From Terriglobia bacterium (lineage in GTDB: Bacteria > Acidobacteriota > Terriglobia > 20CM-2-55-15): a stretch of 64,000 nt of DNA. Positions 31,054 through 40,895 of the stretch are shown here, piece after piece. The position numbers and the translations under genes were made by a program. Location of the stretch: assembly GCA_963664115.2 (NCBI GenBank), contig CAXWPJ010000002.1, positions 160,001 through 224,000 on the forward strand, in the 5' to 3' direction. The notes under the pieces were generated by a model. The model saw nothing but the letters and a program-made list of their open reading frames with translations. It searched no databases and had not been told where the DNA came from. Each line of letters opens with the position of its first letter. Position 1 is the stretch's first letter.

Positions 31054-32196
31054 TCAACCAACAGTGCCGGCCGTCGCAGTTTTCGTCTTTTCCAATAGCG
31101 ACGATTCCAGCCTATTTGCTGCCGCCCTGTTCGCTCCGGGAATCAAGTGTCCGTATAGATCGACTGTGATCTGGATAGAGTGGTGCCTCATCTGCTCTTT
31201 GACGTAGGTGATGCTCTCGCCCTGCTGGAGCATGAGGCTGGCATACGTGTGTCTCAGATCATGGAAACGGACTCGCCGAACCTCTGCCGCCTTCAGAAGC
31301 GGAAAGAACTGGCGCTGCCTGAGATTCTGTTCATCGAGGAACTGGCCCGCTTGATTGGAAAACACCCAATTTGGCAGACGTTCACCCTTCCCAAAGCACT
31401 CTTCCCTCTTTCGACGCTTTAGCTCTTCGAACACCAGGCTAAGCTCGTCCGGAAGATCAATCCGGCGCTGCAGGTGACTCTTCGGGGTTTCCAACCGACG
31501 ACGCGATACGGCACACTTTACGTGAATGCACCCATTCTGAGAATCGATGTCATCCCAGTGCAGACCGATCAACTCGCCCAGTCGCATCCCTGTAAGCACT
31601 GCGGTCAGCACGAAGGCGTACAGCTGAAAATCACCGTCTCGCGCCTTGACGAGTAACTTTTGAACCTCCTTGGTCGTGTACGGAACAACCTTCATCGCGT
31701 TCGCCTTTGACGAAGTCTCCTTCCTGAAGCCACCCAAGCGATTTGCTGGATTCGCCAGGATGATCCCTTCGTCAACAGCTTGGTTCAGCATTTGCCGTAA
31801 CGGAGCGATGATGTTCCGCACCGTCGCCTTGCTCAGGCCCTCCCCTATTTTCTTGGCGATCAGGTTCTTAATGTCATCCCGGGTGATCTCGTCGAGACGT
31901 TTCGATTCGATCGCCTTCAGGTGTTGATCGACGGTCTGTTTGTAGAGTCTGTGAGTCGCGTGTTTACAGTGAACCTTGACGTACTTGTCCAGCCAGGTAG
32001 CTGCATAGTCCTTTAGCTTCCGGGCCGGTGTCTTCTCATGGATGCCAACTTCGCCCTTGGCCAATTGGGTCTTTCGTGCCGCTTCAATCTGACGGGCGAC
32101 TCTAGCGTTCGTGTGGTGGGTACTCTCCCGAATCCTGCGGTTGTCAAATTGGAACTCAAACCAATAAATGCCCTTCTTACCTCGCTTATAGATCAC
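31054..32196 (-). CDS. Phage-type tyrosine integrase
   Basis: TGMRLGEL, PKS, RFHDLRHTYAS and H-x-IQITVDLY catalytic motifs. Confidence 0.93.
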   Translation of the reverse strand: MIYKRGKKGIYWFEFQFDNRRIRESTHHTNARVARQIEAARKTQLAKGEVGIHEKTPARKLKDYAATWLDKYVKVHCKHATHRLYKQTVDQHLKAIESKRLDEITRDDIKNLIAKKIGEGLSKATVRNIIAPLRQMLNQAVDEGIILANPANRLGGFRKETSSKANAMKVVPYTTKEVQKLLVKARDGDFQLYAFVLTAVLTGMRLGELIGLHWDDIDSQNGCIHVKCAVSRRRLETPKSHLQRRIDLPDELSLVFEELKRRKREECFGKGERLPNWVFSNQAGQFLDEQNLRQRQFFPLLKAAEVRRVRFHDLRHTYASLMLQQGESITYVKEQMRHHSIQITVDLYGHLIPGANRAAANRLESSLLEKTKTATAGTVG

Positions 32197-32369
32197 TTCG
32201 CTTTACCTCCCTTCCTTGTTGCTTGTTCCTGCTTTGTCGGCCTGCCCCCCAGCTTGCCGTACTCGCGCATCCTGCGATCAAACTCGCGCTTGCCCCACTT
32301 GCGCCTGCGTACCGCCGCACTGCGCTTGCCGAGTAGGCTGGCCGCTGCGTTGATTTCCTTCTTACTAGT
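32193..32369 (-). pseudogene. Small basic protein, 5' end cut by IS1380
   Basis: Reads TSKKEINAAASLLGKRSAAVRRRKWGKREFDRRMREYGKLGGRPTK...KAK*. Its TGA overlaps the integrase GTG (GTGA). Confidence 0.55.
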
Positions 32370-34217
32370 CCCAAAACAAGCGCATAACCAGTCCGCCGAG
32401 GCCCAGTTCGCGCCGATAGAATTCGAGGCATAGAATCCCGTTCCCGGATGGCCTGTTCCAGGTATCGAGTTTCTGTTGAATCTGTTTCAGTTCAGCCTCG
32501 CTGGTGTTGGACGGTTGACAGAAACCGGGACCTCGATCGCCCGGGCTCAGAGTCATGATCGGGTCAACATCGCAGAGGCTGACGCAACACATCCACCCCG
32601 CGGAACAAGACCGGCAACCACCGGTTCCAGGCCAGGATCCGGAACAGAATGCGCCGCCCGGTGCGCACGAGTTGGCACGGCACAAGCATGAAAGCGTTCA
32701 AGAAGGTTTTGAACTCCATGCGCAGCACGGTTTGCTTCTCAGCCTGATATTTTTGGCCCCAACGTCCGGTTTCGGGAAGCAGCAATGCAAACCACGCTTT
32801 CAGTGTCCAGGCCAGTGACGCGATCACCATGTAGGCCCAGTTGCTGGTCTGATCTCCGACCGGCATCCGCAACGCCTGAACGCCGTTCTTCAACTGCTCA
32901 ATGAGATTCTCCTGATTGCACCGTTGATTGGCACGCATCACAATCTGGTCGGCCGGATCCGAACGGTTGGTAATGTAGAAGAAGTACCGGATGTCGTCAA
33001 ACAACACCTGCTCTCCTTTGGCCACCGACAGATTCTTCCGCACCACGACGACACGGTAGTCCCGATCGCAGGCTCCGGGTCGATACCGAAACTCGGCCAC
33101 ATCCTCACCCTGCAAGCGGATATTGTCGAAACCGCGCTGCCGAACGATCTCTTCCTTCACGTTGTCGGGACGTTGGCGCGGTTCGGTCGCCACGTCGTAT
33201 TTCGCGGGCCGTTCCAGGCGCTTCCACTGGCGCGGCTCCAGTTCATCGGCCCGGGCCTTCAGGTTCGCCATCGCGTCAATCCCGAATATGAAACCCACCT
33301 GCTGGTCGTCCCATCCGTCCAGATGCCGGGTCTGGCTGAAGTCCGTGTCCCCGCGCAGCAGGATCTGGCGAAACCCCGCATGCCGGCACAATGCGATGGC
33401 TTGGTCGAACCGGACCGCGGCTCCTTCATGCGACGGCCGGTTGCCGCTACGATTGACCAGATACAGCGGTTCGGCGGTGTTGGCCAGCGAGATCATCAGC
33501 GGGTGATATCCCCACGTCCCGTCGTAGGCCACGTCCATCCCTTGCTTGCATTCCCCCGTGGTTTCGGCCAGTGTCCCGTCCGCGTCCAACACCGCTTCTT
33601 CGAAAAACGCCGCCGGTTGCTGTCGCCAGACTCCGAGCCGGACTTGATTGGTTGCCTCCATCAGACACTCCACGTCGTCGGCCTCGAATCTCCGGCAGAA
33701 GTCTCCCGCCGTCGTCGGATCCGGAATCCGTTGCGCTCCCAGCGCATCCAGATACACCGCATCGTTGCGCCGCAGTTCGATGTCTTCCAGGCACGTTCCT
33801 CCGCTCAAGGCGTTGTAGGCGATGTTCAGCACGTGATCCGACTCGTGATACGGCAGGTGCCGCTTCAACACATGCACGCCCTTGTCGATGGCTTCGATCA
33901 GCCCGGTCCGCCGCGCCACCAGTTGCATCGTCCCGATACCACCAACCGATGTGCCCCGCGTCCGCTCTCCCATCTCGTACTGAATGTTGCTCGCCGAAAA
34001 CATCGGCTCTACCTGATCCGTCCAATGCCGGTCCCCAAGCCGACGTTCGATTCGCCGCTTGCGGTTCCTCATGTTCTTGCGCGTATAATCGTTCATCTGA
34101 AATGCCTCCTTTTCCGAAGAATCTGTTCAAGGTTTTTTTCGCACGGAGAGGGGGCATTTCGGGTACTTCCGCTCTTATTGCACTATCATTTCCTCGTCAA
34201 TCACGCTTGTTCAGGGG
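32369..34217 (-). mobile_element. IS1380-family element, copy 1 (1849 bp)
   Basis: Terminal IRs TCCCAAAACAAGCG / CGCTTGTTCAGGGG, flanked by CTAG on both sides; near-identical to 39018-40866. Confidence 0.92.
32564..34096 (-). CDS. IS1380 family transposase
   Basis: LDADGT, GYHPL, LLRGDTDF and R-x-x-x-ENLIEQLK DDE motifs. Confidence 0.92.
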   Translation of the reverse strand: MNDYTRKNMRNRKRRIERRLGDRHWTDQVEPMFSASNIQYEMGERTRGTSVGGIGTMQLVARRTGLIEAIDKGVHVLKRHLPYHESDHVLNIAYNALSGGTCLEDIELRRNDAVYLDALGAQRIPDPTTAGDFCRRFEADDVECLMEATNQVRLGVWRQQPAAFFEEAVLDADGTLAETTGECKQGMDVAYDGTWGYHPLMISLANTAEPLYLVNRSGNRPSHEGAAVRFDQAIALCRHAGFRQILLRGDTDFSQTRHLDGWDDQQVGFIFGIDAMANLKARADELEPRQWKRLERPAKYDVATEPRQRPDNVKEEIVRQRGFDNIRLQGEDVAEFRYRPGACDRDYRVVVVRKNLSVAKGEQVLFDDIRYFFYITNRSDPADQIVMRANQRCNQENLIEQLKNGVQALRMPVGDQTSNWAYMVIASLAWTLKAWFALLLPETGRWGQKYQAEKQTVLRMEFKTFLNAFMLVPCQLVRTGRRILFRILAWNRWLPVLFRGVDVLRQPLRC

Positions 34218-34821
34218 CTAGTGTTAGTTCGATGCCTGCCGATCGAAGGACTGCTAACCGCTCCAATGCCCCTTCCTTCCGTTTCTTGTTGTGATTCATT
34301 GGGCCACCAGCGAGGGCTGCGAACACCACTTCGGGATGAGCCTCGAACACATGATTCTGGGTTTCAGGTGACATCAGTTCGTCGACCTCCCGGATTTTCT
34401 TCATGATCATGAAGGTTTGTATCGTTACCCCAACCCCGCGCGCCTGACGGTTCAAAACGGATGCCTCTTCATGAGTTTCGGCCACTAGGGTAGGACGACA
34501 TGGCGCTGAGAACACACTGTTGTGTCGCAGGGGAGAAAGTTCTTGGCGAGCGAGCTGATCGCATTCGCGCGCATCATCGTCAGAGAGGCCGATAGGGATA
34601 TCAATCGCAACGACTGAACCGTCACGCTGCACCGTCTGAAATAGCGCCTCAAGGTCGGTGATCACCGAAAATGCAGGCGCGCTTTCACCGGGTGCGCCCT
34701 GTGCGACGACCCAACCATCGTGGCAACCGTCAATTCCGTAGTGCTTCAGTCTGGTGACTCCGTATGGCGTGATTTGGAGAATCATAACGCGCCTGGTAGG
34801 GAACCAACAGAACTGACGCAT
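34218..34821 (-). pseudogene. DUF429-like protein, 3' end truncated by IS1380
   Basis: GIDGCHDGWV, AIDIPIGL, RECDQLAR, SVFSAP and FEAHPEVVF motifs; the frame runs into the IS end. Confidence 0.75.
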
Positions 34822-34879
34822 TCTGGGTGCAGATCGGCGCTAAAGTGTTCAATTGTCGGTCAAATCAGGGCGGATTGGA

Positions 34880-34972
34880 TAAATCGGCAATTCTCAAGGT
34901 CCGAGAAGATGATTTATCAGGACTTGACCTTGAATATCAGGGGACTGGCACCCGTTCCTTCAGTTCTTCAAG
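34880..34972 (-). repeat. Dispersed junction element, copy E
   Basis: Minus strand reads GAAGAACTGAAGGAACGGGTGCCAGTCCCCTGA...TCAAGTCCTGATAA-ATCATC-TTCTCGGACCTTGAGAATTG. Confidence 0.9.
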
Positions 34973-35122
34973 AGTCTGGACTCTTGCCCCTGCCTTCACT
35001 TCTAAGCGCTGAAGATTTGATTAGCTGTGAACTGATACTAAGGCGTCGTCTCTTCTTTCAGTTAGCCCAGCGTTGAGAAGAGGACGGCCCACACACCTGT
35101 TTCAAACACTCGGAGTTGTACT

Positions 35123-35968
35123 CTACGATTCCTCGGCTGCAGCTTTCGAACGCTTTCGCAGTCGGTCCAGCGCCCACGGGCCTCCGCCCAGGGCGGAAAG
35201 CAAGAGAAACGAGAAGCAGAAGTAAATCGCATCTTCGCCAAGGTTGAGTATCGGCCAGAATGTCCGGGGTTGATGGCTGAGGAAATAAGCGAAAGCCATT
35301 TGCCCGGAAAAAAAGAAAGCCAGCGGCCGTGTAAAGAGTCCCAAAAAGAGGAACGGTCCGAGAATGGTCTCGAATAGATGAGCGTATCCCGTCAGCGAAG
35401 AGAGGTTAGGGCCTTCGAACGGCTCTTCTCCGGCCGGCCACGGCCAGCCGATCATGTCTTCCGTCCCATGGGGCAGCCAAACGAAGAGAGTAGCGATCCT
35501 GAATACACTCAGTATTTGCGGTTCCCAGGGAGTTAGAAAGCCTGTGGGTTTCGCCTTGTCCCGCAACACTGCATCCAGACTCCACGCGCCGCCTCCGGCG
35601 GTCGCCAGGTAGAGGAAGGCAAAACAATAGAAAAACCATAGGTCGCCGCCATTGAATCCCGGCCAGAAGCTCTCGCTCGCGTGGTTCAGGATGTAGACCA
35701 ACGCCATCTCGCACGACAGAATAAAGGCGATGGGTACGGTGAAAATCCCCAGGAAGACAGCCAGGCCACCAAAGGTTTCGAGTATTCCGCTCTGTCCGAC
35801 CCACGAAAACAACTCGAAGCCATCGAATCCGCCACGGGGAGTCGGATAGCCAAAGACTTTTTGGGTTCCATGCGCCATGAAGAGATACGCAACAATAATC
35901 CTCAAAAGGCTTAGAATCTGGGGGCTCGAACGTTCAAGAAATTTGTCGAAGGCTGTCAGGATTTTCAT
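35123..35968 (-). CDS. Tandem double-DoxX membrane protein
   Basis: Two repeats of LR..x..HG.Q/ED..G...E...G.F..LG.FT.P.AF..S..MA..Y...H; likely start MKILTAF. Confidence 0.85.
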   Translation of the reverse strand: MKILTAFDKFLERSSPQILSLLRIIVAYLFMAHGTQKVFGYPTPRGGFDGFELFSWVGQSGILETFGGLAVFLGIFTVPIAFILSCEMALVYILNHASESFWPGFNGGDLWFFYCFAFLYLATAGGGAWSLDAVLRDKAKPTGFLTPWEPQILSVFRIATLFVWLPHGTEDMIGWPWPAGEEPFEGPNLSSLTGYAHLFETILGPFLFLGLFTRPLAFFFSGQMAFAYFLSHQPRTFWPILNLGEDAIYFCFSFLLLSALGGGPWALDRLRKRSKAAAEES

Positions 35969-36128
35969 GGTGCAACAGCCTATAACACAAGAGTCTCGGG
36001 GGACAACGCGAGACATACCAGAGTTACACTCTCGACCGCTTTCCGACATTCCGGAGAAGTATCCCCGACGGGACTTCTACCCCGGTGGGCCTATCTCGCA
36101 CTGAACAGGTCAGCCTTAGCTGGACGCA

Positions 36129-36322
36129 CTGGGTGGCGAATTACTAGTTTCCCTTAAAGTTCAGGGACTTGAACCGGGGCCCAGGATCCGATCCCGAGTG
36201 GTCATGAGGTGAACCAGCAGGATAATCAGGTCGCGCATCGGCCGATCTTCGCGATCATTCCCACGATCACAAGACCCGAATTTTCAATGCGTTATCCGTT
36301 TGACTAGGAGTTCCCACCCACA
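36129..36322 (-). mobile_element. Internally deleted IS relic (MITE-like)
   Basis: Imperfect terminal IRs CTGGGTGGCGAATTACTAG / CTAGGAGTTCCCACCCACA enclose MRDLIILLVHLMTTRDRILGPG, which resembles the N-terminus of rve-type transposases. Confidence 0.45.
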
Positions 36323-36345
36323 GGTGGATCGGGAGGCAATGGAAT

Positions 36346-36381
36346 CTCAAGGTCCGAGAAGATGATTTCTCAGGACTTGAG
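36346..36381 (-). repeat. Dispersed junction element, copy F (inverted repeat only)
   Basis: CTCAAGGTCCGAGAA-GATGAT-TTCTCAGGACTTGAG. Confidence 0.88.
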
Positions 36382-36489
36382 ACGGACAATTGTCCGAATA
36401 GCTGGTTAGAACTAAGCCGCAGGCGCTCGGAGTCGGCGTACAGCAGATAGAGTCTGTCCCATAAAGTAGCGGTCATAAGGAGGTGTCTT

Positions 36490-37371
36490 ATGACCCAACT
36501 ACGAGAACGGATGCTGGAGGAACTCCAGCGACGGAACTATTCCCCGGCCACGAGTCGTGGCTACATTCTGGCAGTCGAACAATTCGCGAATTACTTCGGC
36601 AAGTCTCCGGCCTTGATGGGAGCCGAGGAGGTACGGCGTTTTCAGCTGTACTTACTGACCGAAAAGAAGCTGGCGGCGAGTACGGTCGGGATGCGGACCT
36701 CGGCGATACGATTCCTTTACAAGAAGGTGCTGCTGCGACGTGCGGATCTGGAACTGGATGATCTGCCCATGCCCAAGAGTGCGCGGAAACTACCCACGAT
36801 CCTGGGTCCGTCTGAAGTCCGCCGGTTGATCCAAGCCGCATTGAGTCCGATGCACCGGGCCATCCTGATGGTGCTCTACGGGACCGGGATGCGACGGGCC
36901 GAAGCCGCCGTGTTGAAGGTGGCCGACATCGACAGTGAACGGATGCTGGTGCATATCCGCGACGGGAAAGGGCGTCGGGACCGGGATGTCCCGTTGAGTC
37001 GCAATCTGCTTGAAGCGTTACGGGGGTACTGGTTATTGAAAAAGCCCGAGGTCTATCTGTTTCACAGCAGTGCAGGACACCGGGGCACGGATGCTCCGAT
37101 CTCGGACAAGGTGGTCTGGCATGCCGTTCATGGGGCCGCCCAGCGTGCGGGTCTGACCCAGAGGATCGGTCCGCACACGCTACGGCACAGCTTCGCGACC
37201 CACCTGCTAGAGTCCGGGACCGACTTGCGCACGATCCAGCTCTTGATGGGACACAGTCGGCTCAGCGATACCACGCTCTACCTGCAACTGTCCCGGCGCC
37301 ATCTTCGAACCGCGCGCAATCCTCTGGATCAGTTGAAGCTTTCACCTGTGGTTAAGGATCCAAAGAAGTGA
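36490..37371 (+). CDS. Tyrosine recombinase (SAM-like N-domain) associated with an IS91-like transposase
   Basis: AAGGAGG RBS; YGTGMRRAE, GKGRRDR, HTLRHSFATHLLESG and LMGH...TTLY motifs. Confidence 0.92.
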   Translation: MTQLRERMLEELQRRNYSPATSRGYILAVEQFANYFGKSPALMGAEEVRRFQLYLLTEKKLAASTVGMRTSAIRFLYKKVLLRRADLELDDLPMPKSARKLPTILGPSEVRRLIQAALSPMHRAILMVLYGTGMRRAEAAVLKVADIDSERMLVHIRDGKGRRDRDVPLSRNLLEALRGYWLLKKPEVYLFHSSAGHRGTDAPISDKVVWHAVHGAAQRAGLTQRIGPHTLRHSFATHLLESGTDLRTIQLLMGHSRLSDTTLYLQLSRRHLRTARNPLDQLKLSPVVKDPKK

Positions 37372-38552
37372 GCCGGCCACCCTTTGAGGTGGCTGACGTG
37401 ATTCGCATCGTCGGAGACCGATTCCGACAACGGTATTTGAAAGCGCTGGCCTGGCCCCAGGTCAAGGTCCTCAACGCGATTACCCATTGCCGGACCGCCG
37501 CACTGGGCGGGAACCGGAAACGATGCGACCACTGTGGCCACCAAACGCTGGTCTACCACTCGTGCCGGAACCGCCACTGCCCGAAGTGCCAGACCAATGC
37601 GCGGAACACCTGGGTCGAGAAACGGCAACAGGAACTGCTACCGATCGGATACTTCCATCTGGTCTTCAGCCTGCCCCATCAGTTGATCCCATTGATCTGG
37701 CAGAACAAGAAGGTGCTCTATGCGCTTCTGTTCCGAACCAGTGCGGCGGCGCTGATCGAAGTGGCCCGAAACCCCAGGTATCTGGGCGGCGAGATCGGAT
37801 TCCTCAGCATCCTGCATACCTGGGGACAAACCCTGCAACGCCATCCCCATATCCACTGTGTGGTTCCCGGTGGCGGACTGTCCCCGGATCACGACCGGTG
37901 GATCCACTCCTCCCGGACCGACTTCTTCCTCCCGGTCCAGAAGCTCAGCTACGTTTTCAGAGAAAAGTTTCTCGACGGTTTAGCCGAAGCCTTCGGAAAC
38001 AAGACGCTCGTTTTCCATGGGGAGTGTCTGGAACTGGCCACCGAATCCACCTTCGAGCGGTTCCTCGACGATCTGAAGGATCGGAACTGGGTGGTGTACG
38101 CCAAAGAACCATTCGGCGGACCCCAACACGTCCTTCAGTACCTGGCCCGCTATACCCATCGGGTGGCCATCTCGAATCATCGCATCCTCGATGTCAACCA
38201 ATCCGGCGTTACATTCCGCTGGAAGGACTATCGCCACAATGGCCGTCCACGAACAATGACACTCCAACCCGAAGAGTTCCTCCGTCGATTCCTCCTGCAT
38301 GTCTTACCGAAAGGCTTTCCCCGCATCCGGTACTACGGATGGATGGCAAATCGGAAACGCAAGACGATGCTGGAACTCTGTCGGCACCTCTTAGGTCAGG
38401 AGTCCATCACCGAGCCGGAGTCCGAGGCGGGTGCTACCCCACCGGCACCGTGTCCGATCTGCCGGGGACCGATGCGTCTGGTCGAGCGATTAACCGCGGC
38501 ACAGCTCGCCGCTCTCGAATCAAAGGAGGTTCCAATTCAGGATAGTGCGTAG
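37368..38552 (+). CDS. IS91-family (Y2 HUH) transposase with Zn-binding domain
   Basis: CRTAALGG, SCRNRHCPKC, LHTWG..HPHIHC (HUH) and YLARY motifs; GTGA overlap with the recombinase. Confidence 0.92.
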   Translation: MSRPPFEVADVIRIVGDRFRQRYLKALAWPQVKVLNAITHCRTAALGGNRKRCDHCGHQTLVYHSCRNRHCPKCQTNARNTWVEKRQQELLPIGYFHLVFSLPHQLIPLIWQNKKVLYALLFRTSAAALIEVARNPRYLGGEIGFLSILHTWGQTLQRHPHIHCVVPGGGLSPDHDRWIHSSRTDFFLPVQKLSYVFREKFLDGLAEAFGNKTLVFHGECLELATESTFERFLDDLKDRNWVVYAKEPFGGPQHVLQYLARYTHRVAISNHRILDVNQSGVTFRWKDYRHNGRPRTMTLQPEEFLRRFLLHVLPKGFPRIRYYGWMANRKRKTMLELCRHLLGQESITEPESEAGATPPAPCPICRGPMRLVERLTAAQLAALESKEVPIQDSA

Positions 38553-39017
38553 CCATCGACACTCAACAATTCCAGCCCAACGCGGTCGTCCAGACTGCAT
38601 CGCCGAAGTGTGTCCAGACGCCAAAAACACGCGTGCTCAAGTGCCCTTTCGCTATATCCAACCCACCCCACTCGGGCGATCGACAGTGATTTTCCGCTAC
38701 AACCACCCCCCACCATCACTGCGTCTCCCCGATTCAGCCTCCAATCCATGGATTGAAAACCCATAGGTCTTCTCGTTCCCGGCCGCGCCTGCGCCTCACT
38801 TCAAACCATTCTATCCGACATGCCCCGGCATCATTTTTTGTCACTGTCGGTGCCGGACCATCTCCGATACAAAACTGACGTTAGCCGGCAAGAAACAAGC
38901 CAACATTGGAACTTGGACGCATACTTGATTACACGGACGAGTCGCAAGCTTCCGGAAGGTAACTTCCCGGTCCTTGTAAGCGCGTTGCTTGAAACGAGAC
39001 GAACCCTACGGCACTAG

Positions 39018-40866
39018 TCCCTGAACAAGCGTGATTGACGAGGAAATGATAGTGCAATAAGAGCGGAAGTACCCGAAATGCCCCCTCTCCGTGCGAAAAA
39101 AACCTTGGACAGATTCTTCGGAAAAGGAGGCATTTCAGATGAACGATTATACGCGCAAGAACATGAGGAACCGCAAGCGGCGAATCGAACGTCGGCTTGG
39201 GGACCGGCATTGGACGGATCAGGTAGAGCCGATGTTTTCGGCGAGCAACATTCAGTACGAGATGGGAGAGCGGACGCGGGGCACATCGGTTGGTGGTATC
39301 GGGACGATGCAACTGGTGGCGCGGCGGACCGGGCTGATCGAAGCCATCGACAAGGGCGTGCATGTGTTGAAGCGGCACCTGCCGTATCACGAGTCGGATC
39401 ACGTGCTGAACATCGCCTACAACGCCTTGAGCGGAGGAACGTGCCTGGAAGACATCGAACTGCGGCGCAACGATGCGGTGTATCTGGATGCGCTGGGAGC
39501 GCAACGGATTCCGGATCCGACGACGGCGGGAGACTTCTGCCGGAGATTCGAGGCCGACGACGTGGAGTGTCTGATGGAGGCAACCAATCAAGTCCGGCTC
39601 GGAGTCTGGCGACAGCAACCGGCGGCGTTTTTCGAAGAAGCGGTGTTGGACGCGGACGGGACACTGGCCGAAACCACGGGGGAATGCAAGCAAGGGATGG
39701 ACGTGGCCTACGACGGGACGTGGGGATATCACCCGCTGATGATCTCGCTGGCCAACACCGCCGAACCGCTGTATCTGGTCAATCGTAGCGGCAACCGGCC
39801 GTCGCATGAAGGAGCCGCGGTCCGGTTCGACCAAGCCATCGCATTGTGCCGGCATGCGGGGTTTCGCCAGATCCTGCTGCGCGGGGACACGGACTTCAGC
39901 CAGACCCGGCATCTGGACGGATGGGACGACCAGCAGGTGGGTTTCATATTCGGGATTGACGCGATGGCGAACCTGAAGGCCCGGGCCGATGAACTGGAGC
40001 CGCGCCAGTGGAAGCGCCTGGAACGGCCCGCGAAATACGACGTGGCGACCGAACCGCGCCAACGTCCCGACAACGTGAAGGAAGAGATCGTTCGGCAGCG
40101 CGGTTTCGACAATATCCGCTTGCAGGGTGAGGATGTGGCCGAGTTTCGGTATCGACCCGGAGCCTGCGATCGGGACTACCGTGTCGTCGTGGTGCGGAAG
40201 AATCTGTCGGTGGCCAAAGGAGAGCAGGTGTTGTTTGACGACATCCGGTACTTCTTCTACATTACCAACCGTTCGGATCCGGCCGACCAGATTGTGATGC
40301 GTGCCAATCAACGGTGCAATCAGGAGAATCTCATTGAGCAGTTGAAGAACGGCGTTCAGGCGTTGCGGATGCCGGTCGGAGATCAGACCAGCAACTGGGC
40401 CTACATGGTGATCGCGTCACTGGCCTGGACACTGAAAGCGTGGTTTGCATTGCTGCTTCCCGAAACCGGACGTTGGGGCCAAAAATATCAGGCTGAGAAG
40501 CAAACCGTGCTGCGCATGGAGTTCAAAACCTTCTTGAACGCTTTCATGCTTGTGCCGTGCCAACTCGTGCGCACCGGGCGGCGCATTCTGTTCCGGATCC
40601 TGGCCTGGAACCGGTGGTTGCCGGTCTTGTTCCGCGGGGTGGATGTGTTGCGTCAGCCTCTGCGATGTTGACCCGATCATGACTCTGAGCCCGGGCGATC
40701 GAGGTCCCGGTTTCTGTCAACCGTCCAACACCAGCGAGGCTGAACTGAAACAGATTCAACAGAAACTCGATACCTGGAACAGGCCATCCGGGAACGGGAT
40801 TCTATGCCTCGAATTCTATCGGCGCGAACTGGGCCTCGGCGGACTGGTTATGCGCTTGTTTTGGGA
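39018..40866 (+). mobile_element. IS1380-family element, copy 2 (1849 bp, inverted relative to copy 1)
   Basis: TCCCTGAACAAGCG ... CGCTTGTTTTGGGA, flanked by CTAG on both sides. Confidence 0.92.
39139..40671 (+). CDS. IS1380 family transposase
   Basis: Same protein as 32564..34096; AAGGAGG RBS. Confidence 0.92.
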   Translation: MNDYTRKNMRNRKRRIERRLGDRHWTDQVEPMFSASNIQYEMGERTRGTSVGGIGTMQLVARRTGLIEAIDKGVHVLKRHLPYHESDHVLNIAYNALSGGTCLEDIELRRNDAVYLDALGAQRIPDPTTAGDFCRRFEADDVECLMEATNQVRLGVWRQQPAAFFEEAVLDADGTLAETTGECKQGMDVAYDGTWGYHPLMISLANTAEPLYLVNRSGNRPSHEGAAVRFDQAIALCRHAGFRQILLRGDTDFSQTRHLDGWDDQQVGFIFGIDAMANLKARADELEPRQWKRLERPAKYDVATEPRQRPDNVKEEIVRQRGFDNIRLQGEDVAEFRYRPGACDRDYRVVVVRKNLSVAKGEQVLFDDIRYFFYITNRSDPADQIVMRANQRCNQENLIEQLKNGVQALRMPVGDQTSNWAYMVIASLAWTLKAWFALLLPETGRWGQKYQAEKQTVLRMEFKTFLNAFMLVPCQLVRTGRRILFRILAWNRWLPVLFRGVDVLRQPLRC

Positions 40867-40895
40867 CTAGTGCGATCCTCTAAGATTACTTCTTC

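Noticed and set aside
32924-34294. Long ORFs antisense or out of frame to transposases and other genes (also 38929..40311, 37487..38545, 43801..44976, 46903..48105, 11075..12058)
   Set aside because: They are shadows of well-supported genes in GC-rich DNA and have no motifs of their own.
36490-37371. Recombinase as an integron integrase with attC cassettes
   Set aside because: It lacks the IntI-specific insertion between the catalytic patches, is coupled to an IS91-like transposase, and the repeats lack RYYYAAC/GTTRRRY ends.
38799-38808. CTTCAAACCA (reverse of the TGGTTTGAAG element core) downstream of the IS91-like transposase
   Set aside because: Only a 10-bp match with no flanking similarity; could be chance.
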